A stretch of 64,000 nt of DNA from Ranitomeya imitator (GCF_032444005.1 NC_091283.1:401884001-401948000); one strand, 5' to 3'. Numbered from the stretch's first letter, positions 1 to 12,648 are shown. Notes: a model not told the origin generated them from the sequence alone. Made by a program: numbers and translations.

Positions 1-571
1 GTTGCAGCAGATTTGGACTCATGTGGTGGACAATTTGACATTGTCCCAGGAGAAGGCTCAACGTTTCACTAACCGCCGGCGCTGTGTTGGTCCCTGACTT
101 CGTGTTGGGGATTTGGTTTGGTTGTCATCTCGTCATGTTCCTATGAAGGTTTCCTCTCCTAAGTTTAAGCCTCGTTTCATTGGGCCATATAAGATTTCTG
201 AGGTTCTTAATCCTGTGTCATTTCGTTTGGATCTTCCAGCTCCTTTTGCCATTCATAATGTGTTCCATAGGTCGTTGTTGTGGAGATACGTGGCGCCTAT
301 GGTTCCCTCCGTTGATCCTCCTGCCCCGGTGTTGGTCGAGGGGGAGTTGGAGTATGTGGTGGAGAAGATTTTGGATTCTCGTGTTTCGAGACGGAAACTC
401 CAGTACCTGGTCAAGTGGAAGGGTTATGGTCAGGAAGATAATTCCTGGGTTTTTGCCTCTGATGTTCATGCTGCCGATCTAGTTCGTGCCTTTCATTTGG
501 CTCATCCTGATCGGCCTGGGGGCTCTGGTGAGGGTTCGGTGACCCCTCCCCAAGGGGGGGTACTGTTGTGA
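1..571 (+). mobile_element. Ty3/Gypsy chromovirus pol 3' end (integrase GPY/F tail + chromodomain), then polypurine tract
   Basis: ORF 113..571 has KFKPRFIGPYKI (GPY/F motif) and YVVEKILDSRVSRRKLQYLVKWKGYGQEDNSW (chromodomain); purine run AAGGGGGGG at 552..560 just before the LTR. Confidence 0.92.
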
Positions 572-1356
572 ATTCTGTTGTCGAACTCCCTCCTGTGGTC
601 GTGAATGGTACTTCGGCGAGTTCTGTCCATGGACTCCCTCTGGTGGCTGTGAGTGAAGCTGCTGCTTCTGAGGTTCCTTACACAGGTGACATGGTTTATC
701 CTTTGGTTGGCTGCTCTATTTAACTCCACTCAGATCGTTACTCCATGCCAGCTGTCAATGTTCCTGCATTGGTTCAGTTCGCTCTTGGAACTTTCTGGTG
801 ACCTGTCTTCTCCAGCAGAAGCTAAGTTCCTGATAGTTATTATTTGTTAATTGTTTCCTTGTCCAGCTGGTTATCATGATTTTGTCTTGCTAGCTGGAAG
901 CTCTGGGATGCAGAGTGGCATCTCCGCACCGTTAGTCGGTGCGGAGGTCTTTTTGCACTCTCTGTGTGGTCTTTTGTAGTTTTTTGTGCTGACCGCAAAG
1001 ATTCCTTTCCTATCCTCTGTCTGTTTAGTAAGTCTGGCCTCCCTTTGCTGAAACCTGTTTCATTTCTGCGTTTGTGACTTTCATCTTTACTCACAGTCAA
1101 TATATGTGGGGGGCTGCCTTTTCCTTTGGGGAATTTCTCTGAGGCAAGGTAGGCTTTATTTTCTATCTCTAGGGCTAGCTAGCTCTTAGGCTGTGAAGAG
1201 GTGTCTAGGGAGAGTCAGGAACGCTCCACGGCTATTTTTAGTTGTTGTGATAGGATTAGGGCCTGCGGTCAGCAGAGTTCCCACATCCCAGAGCTTGTCC
1301 TGTGTGAGTTTAACGATCAGGTCGTGCCGGGTGCTCCTAACCACCAGGTCATAACA
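564..1356 (+). repeat. 3' LTR of the chromovirus
   Basis: Starts TGTTGTGA right after the PPT and ends TCATAACA (imperfect terminal inverted repeat); L2 sequence resumes at 1357. Confidence 0.85.
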
Positions 1357-4348
1357 CCACCCACGGAGAGGGAAATGTCAGATTTAGGGAGGTTAGTAGA
1401 TGGCGGGAGCAGAAGAAGTTCAGTTTTGGAGAGGTTGAGTTTCAGATAGAGAGCAGACATGATGTTGGAGACTGCAGACAGACAGTCGGTAGCGTTCTGT
1501 AGTACAGCAGGGGTAAGGTCAGGGGATGATGTGTATAGTTGTGTGTCATCGGTATAAAGATGGTACTGAAAGCCAAATCTGCTGATGGTCTGTCCAATTG
1601 GGGCCGTGTAGAGGGAGAAGAGAAGGGGGCCAAGCACTGAGCCCTGAGGTAACCCCGACAGTGAGAGGAAGAGGAGATGAAGTGGAGCCAGCAAACAGAA
1701 CACTGAAGGAGCCGTCAGAAAGGTAGGAAGAGAACCAGGAGAGAGCAGTGTCCTTAATGCCTAGTGACTGGAGCCTAGAGAGTAGGAAAGGGTGATCAAC
1801 AGTGTCGAAAGCTGCAGAAAGGTCGAGAAGAATGAGCAGAGAGTGGTCACCGTTACGTTTTGCTTTCAGAAGGTTGTTGGTCACTTTGATGAGTGCAGTT
1901 TCTGTTGAATGTAGGGGGCGGAAACCGGACTGTGAAGGGTCTAGGAGGGAGGGAGTGGAGAGGTAACGGGTATATCAGGCGCTCCAGGAGTTTAGAGATG
2001 AAGGGGAGATTGGAGACTGGTCTGTAGTTGTTTGTGCAGGATGGGTCGAGGGTGGGTTTCTTTAGTAATGGAGTAATGATAGAGTGTTTGAAGTAGGAGG
2101 GGAAAATGCCAGAGGAGAGGGAGAGATTAAAGTTTGTTGTTAGGTGAGTTGTGATTACTGGAGAGAGAGACTGGAGGAGGTGTGAGGGAATGGGGTCCGT
2201 AGTGCATGTACTCGGACGAGGAGAGGAGCCTGGAGACGACTTCTTCTGTGATGGGATCGAATGTGGAGAGTGAGTCAGGGGAGATGCAGGTAGGGATGGG
2301 AGTCACTGAACTTGGTGTCTGGGAATGGATTTCCTGACAGATGTTATCTATTTTCTCTATAAAGTGGGAGGCCAGGTCATCAGCACAAATGTCTGTGATA
2401 GGGGCTTGTGCTTTTGGCCTGAGGAGGGAGGAAAGGTGTCAAAAAGTTTCCTGGGGTTGTTGGATAGTGAGGAGATCAGGGTGGTGAAGTAGGTCTGTTT
2501 TGCGAGGTGAAGGGCAGAGTTATAGGTCCTTAACATAAATTTGAAGTGTATGAAGTCTTCTGGTGTGTGTGTTTTCTTCCATAAGCGTTCAGCACACCTA
2601 GAGCATCGCTGGAGAAATCGGGTTTGCAATGTGAGCCAGGGCTGTTTCACTCTGTTTGGAGGTTCTGAGGGTGAGGGGAGCTACTTGGTCCAGGGTGCTT
2701 CTAAGAGTGTCATTAACCCCTTCATGACCTTGGGATTTTTCGTTTTTCCGTGTTCGATTTTCGCTCCCCTCCTTCCCAGAGCCATAACTTTTATATTTTT
2801 CCGTCAATATGGCCATGTGAGGGCTTATTTTTTGCGGGACGAGTTGTACTTTTGAACGACATCATTGGTTTTAGCATGTCGTGTACTAGAAAATGGGAAA
2901 AAAATTCCAAGTGCAGTGAAATTGCAAAAAAAAGTGCAATCCCACACTTGTTTTTTGTTTGGCTTTTTTGCTAGGTTCACTAAATGCTAAAACTGACCTG
3001 ACGTTATGATTCTCCAGGTCAGTACGAGTTCATAGACACCTAACATGACTAGGTTATTTTTTACCTAAGTGGTGAAAAAAAATTCCAAACTTTGCTAAAA
3101 AAAAAAAATTGTGCCATTTTCCGATACTCGCAGCGTCTCCATTTTTCATGATCTGGGGTTGATTGTGGGCTTATTATTGGCGTGCCGAGATGACGTTTTT
3201 ATTGATAGCATTTTGGTGCAGATACGTTCTTTTGATCGCCCGTTATTGCATTTTAATGCAATGTCGCGGCGACCAAAAAAACGTAATTCTGGCGTTTCAA
3301 ATTTTTTTCTCGCTACGCTGTTTAGTGATCAGGTTAATGCTTTTTTTAATTGATAGATCGGGCGATTCTGAACGCTGATTTACCAAATATGTGTAGATTT
3401 GATTTTTTTTATTGATTTATTTTGATTGGGGCGAAAGGGGGGTGATTTAAACTTTTATATTTTTTTATTTTTTTAACTTTTTTTAACTTTATATTTTTTA
3501 CTTTTGCCATACTTCAATAGCCTCCATGGGAGGCTAGAAGCAGGCACAGCACGATCGCCTCTGCTACATAGCAGCGATCTGCTGTTTGCTGCTACGTAGC
3601 AGAAAATCAGGTGTGCTGTGAGCGCCAACCACAGGGTGGCGCTCACGGCTACCGGCGATCAGTAACCATAGAGGTCTCAAGGACCTCTATGGTTACAATG
3701 GAGAAGCATCGCCGACCTCCGATCATGTGACGGGGGTCGGCGATGCTGTCAATTCCAGCCGGATGCGGTAGTTAAATGCCGCTGTCTGCGTTTGACAGCG
3801 GCATTTAACTAGTTAATAGGCGCGGGCAGATCGCGATTCTGCTCGCGCCTATTACCAGCACATGTCAGCTGTTCAAAACAGCTGACATGTCCCGGCTTTG
3901 ATGCGGGCTCACCGCCGGAGCCCGCATCAAAGCGGGGCTTCTGACCTCGGACGTACTATACCGTCCGAGGTCAGAAAGGGGTTAAAGTGATGTACAGCCA
4001 GATCAGGACAGGAAAAAGAAGAGATTGGGGGCAATGATGAGTGTAGGGAGTCTGAAAGTGTATGAGGGTTAATGGCATGTAGATTTCTGACTGTATGGTA
4101 GTTTGGAGGGTGCTGGGGTGAGCGAGGATTTGTGAGCGTGAAGGAGAGAATGTTGCGGTCAGAGAGGGGAAGCGGTGAGTTATCTAGGTAGGAGATTAAG
4201 CAGAGTCGGGCGAAAACCAGGTCAAGGGTGTTACCGTCTTTGTGTGTTTCAGAGGTTGAGAGCTGTGAGAGGCCGAGAGAAGTGGTTAGTGATAGAAGCT
4301 GGGATGCAGATGTGGGAGTGGGGCTGTTAATGGGGATGTTGAAGTCCA
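1357..4348 (-). mobile_element. L2-clade LINE ORF2 fragment (EN/RT), disrupted
   Basis: Minus ORFs with [42 protein letters not shown]; the frame AVHHFN|DTLRSTL rejoins across the 2717..3981 insertion. Confidence 0.92.
2717..3981. mobile_element. piggyBac-like non-autonomous element
   Basis: TTAA at 2713..2716 and 3982..3985; TIRs CCCCTTCATGACC / GGTCAGAAAGGGG. Confidence 0.85.
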
Positions 4349-5521
4349 ATTTGACATTCTGCGCTACAAAAGGTAAAGTCAGCAGAAATTAAACCTCTGA
4401 AGATGTCAAATCCACAGATGCAGTAAATTTACGCTGCGGATTTTCTCTGCAGCGCATAGTTTTAATGAAATCTCACCTACAACGCTAGTACTGTGATACA
4501 CACGCAGCAGATTTTCCGAAGAAAAAACCTCAGACAGAATATCCACAGCATATCCGATGACACAAAGCTCAGGTCAACGGACCGCTGCAACCAATCACAG
4601 TCCAACGTGGTCCTACCGCTGATGAAAACCCTGGATAACTTTTCCCTTTATCCGGGCAACCCCTTTTAAGGCTTGTCAGCCTCATGGCCAAACATGTCAA
4701 TTTACCCAGAAATATCAAGAGTTTACTGTTTTTCAGGTCCCCTTACTCAATCACCCTAAGAACAAGGCTTTTCACCCGGCTTCCTGATGTCTTGATTATT
4801 AATATTTTTCTTGGCTTATTTTAACTTATCAATGAGGAGGCATATTGTTTTTGTGCCACCATATTCTGAGAGCCACAAGTTTTACTTTTTTCATTTGTCC
4901 GATTTTAGATTAATTACGACTTTTGATCATTTTTTGTTACACCTTTTGGGAGATGAACACAAAAGTGTCAATTCTGTTCTTACATCGGTCATCATTTAGT
5001 ACTTTGGCTGATTAATTTTATTCTGTTGGTCAGTGCGATACAGATAATACCAATTTTATATTTTTTTTTACATATTTTGGTATTTTTTACCCTGTGTCCC
5101 CAGCATTGAAAATAAAAATCCTTTTTTTTGTCACCATATTCTTAGACCTTTTTCTACAGATATTGGCACTGTCCCCATTGGGACTCATAATCTTAGATCC
5201 CTATCAAAGTGATCTATTTCAAGTGTTTCTGTTAATGTTGATGATTATGGCTTACAGCCAATGAAAACCCAAAAGTCGTTATCTCAGTAAATTAGAATAC
5301 ATTATAACACCAGCTTGAAAAAATTATTTTAAAATCTGAAATGTTGGCCTACTGAAATGTATGTTCAGTAAATGCACTCAATACTTGGTCAGGGCTCCTT
5401 TGGCATCAATTACTGCATCAATGCATCGTGGCATGGAGGACGATCAGCCTGTGGCACTGCTGAGGTGTTATGGAAGCCCAGGTTGCTTTGATAGCAGCCT
5501 TCAGCTCATCTGCATTGTTAG

Positions 5522-7788
5522 TATATACCCCAAAGAAAATATTTACTAACAACAGATGCCAAATTTTTAATTAATAAATTTTATTATTATAAAGACATAA
5601 CACAATCAATAACATTTTTATTAAAAATATATATATATATATATGTGTGTACAATCTAAAATAGAATATAAATAAAAGTATGCATGTACAGTATAGATCA
5701 GTATGCGAGGGGGCTAGGGCGCACAAAAACTGATTGATAACACTACAATAGTATATATCAAATAAATAAAAAAATATAATCGAGTAGAAACATATAAAAT
5801 TAAATGATAACACGGCTGACAAAATATATGAACAACTATTCACAATGAAATGTATATATAAATAATATCAAATAAATAATATTTCATGTGATAAAATAAA
5901 TAAAAAAATAAATAATAAACAAATCAATTTAATAAATGTGCATAAACCAAACACCAAAATTTAATAAGGTCCAATAGTAATTAAACGCATATCCATATAT
6001 GATAAGCCTGTAATTGATATATAATTGGTGACATGATAAAAGAAAAATTGATGAAATAATATGATTGAGTGAAAATAAATTCAACAACTATGTGAAAAAA
6101 TATATATACTACAAACCATACAAATTAATAAAAAGGTGTACTGAAAACTGTGTCACAAAATAAATAAATAAAAACGTGATGTGTGCAAAAAAACAATGAA
6201 TGTGATGAAATAGTGGAAAAATATATAATAATGAGTAGTAACTATAATATAGTGATGTAATATATATGAATATAATAAAAGTGATGATATTCTGTCAAAT
6301 GCAAAACAAAGTCTATACTGAGGTGTAAAATTAATAACCGGAATGATGTATGTATGAGGTGTTGAAAGGTGGAGATAAGATGAACTAAACCAGTAACCAA
6401 CTATATATCATAAATACTAGATATGACAATCAGTGTAACTTGCTCTCATATAAGTCCTCCAGAGGATATGCGCATAAGTGGTATAAGGAAAAAATAATAT
6501 ATAATGCACATAAGAGATGATGTAAATACTAATTAAATATAATAATAGTGAATTGAAATAAATAAAGATCAAATATATAAATATTGAGAATAGAGAAGGC
6601 AGAGGAGGAAAACAGTCCTTTCAGGAGACAAACAAGTGGAATTTTGGGAGAAAATCCACTATCAATGGAAATCCATGAGGGCAATAAATGGCCGCAATAT
6701 GCACAGGCCACAAAATACTATTACTACTCCCTGTCTCGGCGCCATGTAATTATGGCGTCCCTGATTGTGGAATAGTCTGCAGCTGTGAGTATGCTATATG
6801 ATGCGGTCGCGCCCTACACACGCCACTCCCTGACGAAGCGGTTGCGAAACGTGCGTTGGAGTGGTGTGTGAGGGGGCTGTGGCGCGCATATCTGGTTGGT
6901 ATTCACGGCTGATTTTCTCTTATGTGCATTATATATTATTTTTTCCTTATACCACTTATGCGCATATCCTCTGGAGGACTTATATGAGAGCAAGTTACAC
7001 TGCCTGTCATATCTAGTATTTATGATATATAGTTGGTTACTGGTTTAGTTCATCTTATCTCCACCTTTCAACACCTCACACATACATACATCATTCCGGT
7101 TATTAATTTTACACCTCAGTATAGACTTTGTTTTGCATTTGACAGAATATCATCACTTTTATTATATTCATATATATTACATCACTATATTATAGTTACT
7201 ACTCATTATTATATATTTTTCCACTATTTCATCACATTCATTGTTTTTTTGCACACATCACGTTTTTATTTATTTATTTTGTGACACAGTTTTCAGTACA
7301 CCTTTTTATTAATTTGTATGGTTTGTAGTATATATATTTTTTCACATAATTGTTGAATTTATTTTCACTCAATCATATTATTTCATCAATTTTTCTTTTA
7401 TCATGTCACCAATTATATATCAATTACAGGCTTATCATATATGGATATGCATTTAATTACTATTGGACCTTATTAAATTTTGGTGTTTGGGGTTTATGCA
7501 CATTTATTAAATTGATTTGTTTATTATTTATTTTTTTATTTATTTTATCACATGAAATATTATTTATTTGATATTATTTATATATACATTTCATTGTGAA
7601 TAGTTGTTCATATATTTTGTCAGGCGTGTTATCATTTAATTTTATGTTTCTACTCGATTATATTTTTTTATTTATTTGATATATACTATTGTAGTGTTAT
7701 CAATCAGTTTTTGTGCGCCCTAGCCCCCTCGCATACTGATCTATACTGTACATGCATACTTTTATTTATATTCTATTTTAGATTGTAC

Positions 7789-7820
<32 letters not shown>

Positions 7821-8010
7821 TTTTTATTTTTTTTTATAAAAATGTTATTGATTGTGTTATGTTTTTTTAATAATAAAATTAATTAATTAAAAATTTGGCA
7901 TCTGTTGTTAGTAAATATTTTCTTTGGGGTATATGCTTGTTGTGGAATATTTACTTGATTGGATATTTTCAATATTATTTGGTATTTCTTTTCTATATAG
8001 GATTTCTTTG
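5522..8010 (+). mobile_element. ORF-less Penelope-like fold-back insertion with 13-bp TSD
   Basis: TCTGCATTGTTAG at 5509..5521 and 8011..8023; arms 5522..6517 and 6916..7934 are reverse complements; hammerhead motif in the spacer. Penelope class is inferred from the ribozyme and inverted layout. Confidence 0.7.
6817..6870 (+). ncRNA. Type I minimal hammerhead ribozyme
   Basis: 13-bp stem I (6817..6829 with 6858..6870, one G-U), core CTGACGA 6830..6836 plus extra A, stem II GC-GGTT-GC, GAAA, stem III AC-GTGC-GT, cleavage triplet GUU ending 6857. Confidence 0.85.
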
Positions 8011-9570
8011 TCTGCATTGTTAGGTCTGGTCTCTCTCGTCTTCCTCTTGACAATACCCCATAGATTCTCTTTGGGGTTAAAGTCAGGCGAGTTTGCTGGC
8101 CAATCAAGCACAGTGATACTGTTGTTTTTAAACCAGGTATTGGTACTTTTGGCAGTATGGACAGGTGCCAAGTCCTGCTGGAGAATGACATTTCCATCTC
8201 CAAAAAGCTTGTCAGCAGAGGGAAGCATGAAGTGCTCTAAAATTTCTTAGTAGACGGCTGCGCTGACTTTGGTCGTGATAAAACACAGTGGACCTACACC
8301 AGATGACATGGCTCCCCGAACCATCACTGATTGTGGAAACGTCACACTAGACCTCAAGCAGCTTGGATTGTCTGTCTCTCCATTCTTCCTCCAGACTCTG
8401 GGACCTTGATTTCTAAGGTCTAGTGTGAAGTATCCACAATCAGTGATGATTTGGGGAGCCATGTCATGTGCTGGAGTAGGTCCACTGTGTTTTATCAAGA
8501 CCAAAGTCAGTGTAGCCATCTACAAGGAAATTTTAGAGCACTTCATTCTTCCCTCTGCTGACAAGCTTTTTGGGAATGGAAATATCATTCTCCAGCAGGA
8601 CTTGTCACATTTTCACACTGCCAAAAGTACCAATTCTTGGTTTAAAAACAACAGTATCACTGTGTTTGATTGGGCAGCAAACTCGCCTGACCTTGTCAAG
8701 AGGAAGATGAGAAACACCAGACCCAACAATGCAGACGAGCTGAAGGTTGCTATCAAAGCAACCTGGGCTTCCATAACACCTCAGCAGTGCCACAGGCATG
8801 CCACGCTGCAATGATGCAGTAACTGATGCAAAAGGAGCCCCGACCAAGTATTGAGTGCATTTACTGAACATACATTTCAGTAGGTCACCATTTCGGATTT
8901 TAAAATCATTTTTCAAGCTGGTGTTATAAAGTATTCTAATTTACTGAGATAATGACTTTTGTGTTTTCATTGGCTGTAAGCCACAATCATCAACATTAAC
9001 AGAAATAAACACTTGAAATAGGTCACTCTGTTTGTAATGACTATCTAATATATGAGTTTCACTTTTTGTATTGAAGAACTGAAATAAATTAACTTTTTGA
9101 TGATATTCTAATTTTGTGAGATGCACCTCTATATCCGCATTACTTAACAGGCCATTGAAAAAAATGGCCGAAAACCTAGTCGGCAAGTCACCACAAGTAT
9201 GCAGGTTCCACATTGAGCCACGTGATCATCAATCTGTCAAGTGAGTAGGATCCTGACAGTTTGCCAAGTTTCGACAATCTGCAGTCACTGTGCGACTACC
9301 AAAATTTACCTTAACATGGAAAACCCCTTTAAGGCAATACGCTACCACAACTATAGGGAACAAGCTGAACAATGGAGATTATTTAGGAAGAGACCTGATC
9401 GGTAGCCTAAATAGATATTTTCTGATTACTATATGTGCCGAGTATTCATTTGCACATATAGAATTAATATAGGGGTCTGATATTAATAAAATAGCCCTAA
9501 TATATTAATCCACAATGTCAAAAATTCCTCTCCCTCTTTTGCTGTGATGGCTTCTTAATATTAACCCTAT

Positions 9571-9762
9571 GGCTACATTCAAACGTTCAGTATTTGGTCA
9601 GTTTTTACCTCAGTATTTGTAAGTCAAAATCAAGAGTGGGTGATAAATGCAGAAGTGGTGACGTGTTTCTATTATACTTTTCCTTTGATTGTTCCACTCC
9701 TGATTTTGGCTTTCAAACAGTGTTGTAAAATACTGACCACATACTGAACATGTGAACATGTG
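9571..9762. mobile_element. Degenerate Harbinger-type MITE
   Basis: GGCTACATTCAAACGTTCAGTATTTGGTCAGT is roughly inverted at ACTGACCACATACTGAACATGTGAAC. Confidence 0.45.
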
Positions 9763-9864
9763 TGACAGATAGAAGCTGCACTGGTGATTTAGAATCATCC
9801 AGCAACTATAGGGGTAAAATATGGTTATGTGGAAAAGAATTCTCCAGCGTGGTCAAATATCATG

Positions 9865-9902
9865 GACCATGATTAAGACCTCACAGTCGAAACACGATGG
9901 TC
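9865..9902 (+). ncRNA. Degenerate hammerhead motif with A3-U8 core
   Basis: GACC-ATGATTAA-GAC(CTCACA)GTC-GAAAC-AC-GAT-GGTC; stems I and II pair, but U16.1 is replaced by A. Confidence 0.55.
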
Positions 9903-10181
9903 GTTAATCCCCTGGGATTCCTTTATCTGTCTACAACGTGTCCTTTTAATGCTTTACTAATTAACGTGAAGTTTTATTTCACCACCCTGGAGAATTCTTT
10001 TCCATATTGCTTTCTGCACACGTCTAGGACCAAGGCAGCTCCGTGCTTGGATTCTACTTCATTGAAGAGACTTCAAATGGTGAACTGACTCTCCCATTTC
10101 CCCCCTTCGCTCCACATATGTAAAAAATGGTTATAGCTGACAGGGAGTAGTTAGCTCAGCCCCAGGGGAAACTCGGAAAGT

Positions 10182-10871
10182 TGTTATGTCCGGGAGATCC
10201 AAAAGAAAGATGTGTTAGAGAGTGTAGCGTTTCACCTACTACGTGTCTTGGGGGACACTCGCTTGGCACGGGAATAACGCACATGAGCGGTTACTTCACA
10301 AAAGCAGGCAATCTGGTTTATTTAAACTCTGCATAAACCAGATAGAGTACAGTCCGTTTCATTACATCCACAAAACATTATAGGACATCAGTCAGTTCAT
10401 ATAGCAGATAGGCTTCTCTGCCATATATCATAATCCCCTTGCATGGGGTTACCTTTTACGAGTTCCACTCACACTGATTTCACGTCAGTCCCAGGTCCTT
10501 AATACAGACCGTCCAGGTCCACGGTCTCTAGGTGCTTCCAGGACGTCTCCACTCCCAGGAGACTCCAACACTGACCATCCAGGACCTACAGCACACAAGC
10601 CACTCAGTGCCAAAGCCCAACCATGTGCTATTCAGGAATTCCCAGGATTTCCAACACACGCTTCCAGGGCCTTGCACTTGGACCATTCAGATCCAAACAG
10701 GAACCATGTGATCCACACCCTGGTCACATTACATACCTGTAACCACTCCCCTGGGTGGGAGTGTGGGTGTGTGTGGCTAGTTTGACCCACCCATCTCTCA
10801 TAACTAGCCCTGCCAGTCTCCCAATAAAACTACGCATTTACATGTGGGACTACAGGTCCTAGACCACAACA
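10182..10871. repeat. Possible solo LTR
   Basis: TGTT...AACA termini and a minus-strand AATAAA; no convincing TSD found. Confidence 0.3.
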
Positions 10872-11515
10872 TAATCTTCAGACTGACAGCGCAGAGGGTC
10901 CTCCTCTGCGACACACATACCGGCCATCTACAATTCTGCCGGATTTTGTCTCATCACAACTATACCTCCAAGTGCATCTTGAAGTGCACACGCAGCGCTC
11001 CCTGGCTGTAACATTGGTCACTGCACCACAAGAGTCTTCTGTCAGGCACTCTGTATACACCAGTTCTACCACAGAAGTGATTGCTGTAATCAAAGAAGCA
11101 GTTAGGACAGCCAGGAGCATCTTTATTACCTCAAGATATGTGAGTGAGCTACAGCACTGGACTCATCCTCCTCCCCCAGCTCACTGCATGAGCAAGGTAC
11201 AGTTCTGCTTAGGTTAAGACACAGTGTGTGGAAAAAAAGTTATCTGTAAAGAGACTTTCATATATGATGAAGGAGAATTGCATGAAGAGAAGTGATCCTG
11301 TGTGATGAAAAGAAGCTTGAATAACACCCTTGTTATCAACTTCAGCTCAAAACTGTATCATACCTGTGTGCCTGTAAACTGTTACATCCCCTCTGCTGTG
11401 AAGAATTATAATTAATGGTTGCACTGTGTGTGATTTCCCAGGATTCCAAAAGAATTCATGTTTCCTTTGTATCGCATTCATATATTGAGTGTCATACATG
11501 CAACACACAGCCTAA

Positions 11516-12041
11516 GGCTACTTTCACACTAGCGTTAACTGCAATACGTTAAAATGCGTCGTTTTGCAGAAAAAACGCATCCAGCAAAATATTTTGCTGG
11601 ATGCGTTTTTTCCCCATAGACTTGTATTGGCGACGCATTGCGACGGATTTGCATACGTCGGTATACGTCTTTCGACGGATGCGTCGAAATTAGGCGACAC
11701 GTCGTCTGGAAAAACGTAGATTGTAACGTTTTTTGGCTCCGACAAAAAAACGTGTCTCAGCGCATCCATCGGCATGCGTCTTTGGCTACAATGAAAGTCT
11801 ATGAGCGACGGATGCGTCGAGACACGTCGTACGACGCAATGCAGCGCTGCAATACGTTTTTTTCTACTGAGCATGCTCAGAAACAGGATTTTTTTAGCTA
11901 ATTGGCCAGACATCCCCAAATAGACGGATAAGTCGAAATGCTGTATGCGTTGCATACATTTTGCACTTTTTTGACGAATCCGTTTTTTGGGCAAAAAGAC
12001 GTTTATGTGACGGTTTGCAGTTAACGCTAGTGTGAAAGTAG
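11516..12041. mobile_element. PIF/Harbinger-type MITE
   Basis: TAA|GGCTACTTTCACACTAGCGTT ... AACGCTAGTGTGAAAGTAG|TAA; internally palindromic. Confidence 0.8.
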
Positions 12042-12301
12042 TAAGCCGGTCGCTCCCAGGTTGACATCTCTGCATAGCTACTGCTTTGGGCTGCCTCCGT
12101 TCTATGTGGGATTGATTGGCCAGTGCCTGCTATGGGTCTGTCCATACAGAACAGACATGATCAATCAATCATTCAAGCTACAGAAAATAAAAACTACCTG
12201 CAAACACAAGCTCAGTGTCAGCGTTTGGGTCCAGATCTAACATGTATTGGTTAGTTAGGGCATTACCTGGGCACAATAGAAATCCCCTATAAGTGACTTA
12301 C

Positions 12302-12463
12302 CTCGGTGAGAGTGTTATAAGGTGCGGATTTATCTATCTGGTGCAGGTTACCGATAACAGGCCAGGGAGTCGGGCCCGGAGGTAAATTTTGCCTTTTCCT
12401 CCTTGAGGATATGAAGAGATAAATCAGGACTGTGAAGAGTCCGATGAGCAGGCCGGACAGCAT
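12302..12463 (-). CDS. Cytochrome P450 family 2, coding exon 1 (rest of the gene not found in the window)
   Basis: Hand translation MLSGLLIGLFTVLIYLFISSRRKRQNLPPGPTPWPVIGNLHQIDKSAPYNTLTE: signal anchor, basic linker, PPGP hinge, GNL. In-frame TAG 3 codons upstream of the ATG; phase-0 donor GAG|GTAAGT where CYP2 intron 1 normally falls. Subfamily cannot be assigned. Confidence 0.93.
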
Positions 12464-12648
12464 GTTCCTCTATACTTGACTGTCACACTGTGGGGTGCAG
12501 CCGCCCTGGAGCTCAGTGTTTAACACTCTCCTGCCTAGTGACTCCTCCTCTGAACTTTCCTCTACTGATGTAAGAGAATGTAATCGAGCAGAGGGCGTGC
12601 TGTGTACACATTATTAACTCCTCGTAAAGCTTCACTGTTTCAGGTTTT

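Larger units (their letters stand above)
5200..9130. mobile_element. Tc1/mariner remnant made of two opposed transposase 3' halves (minus 5200..5521+8011..8413; plus 8414..9130)
   Basis: LQQDLAPVHTAKST, DWPANSPDFNPKENLWGIVKRK (minus) and QSVMIWGAMS..WAANSPDL..IKATWASITPQQCHR (plus); 5220..5400 is the reverse complement of about 8815..9020. Confidence 0.8.

Noticed and set aside
10215-10260. Minus-strand GAAAC flanked by a GAGTGT/ACACTC stem
   Set aside because: No NUGANNA core in the required position, so it is not a hammerhead.
11524-12145. 183-aa ORF and overlapping ORFs
   Set aside because: They lie within a palindromic Harbinger-type MITE and have no transposase motifs.
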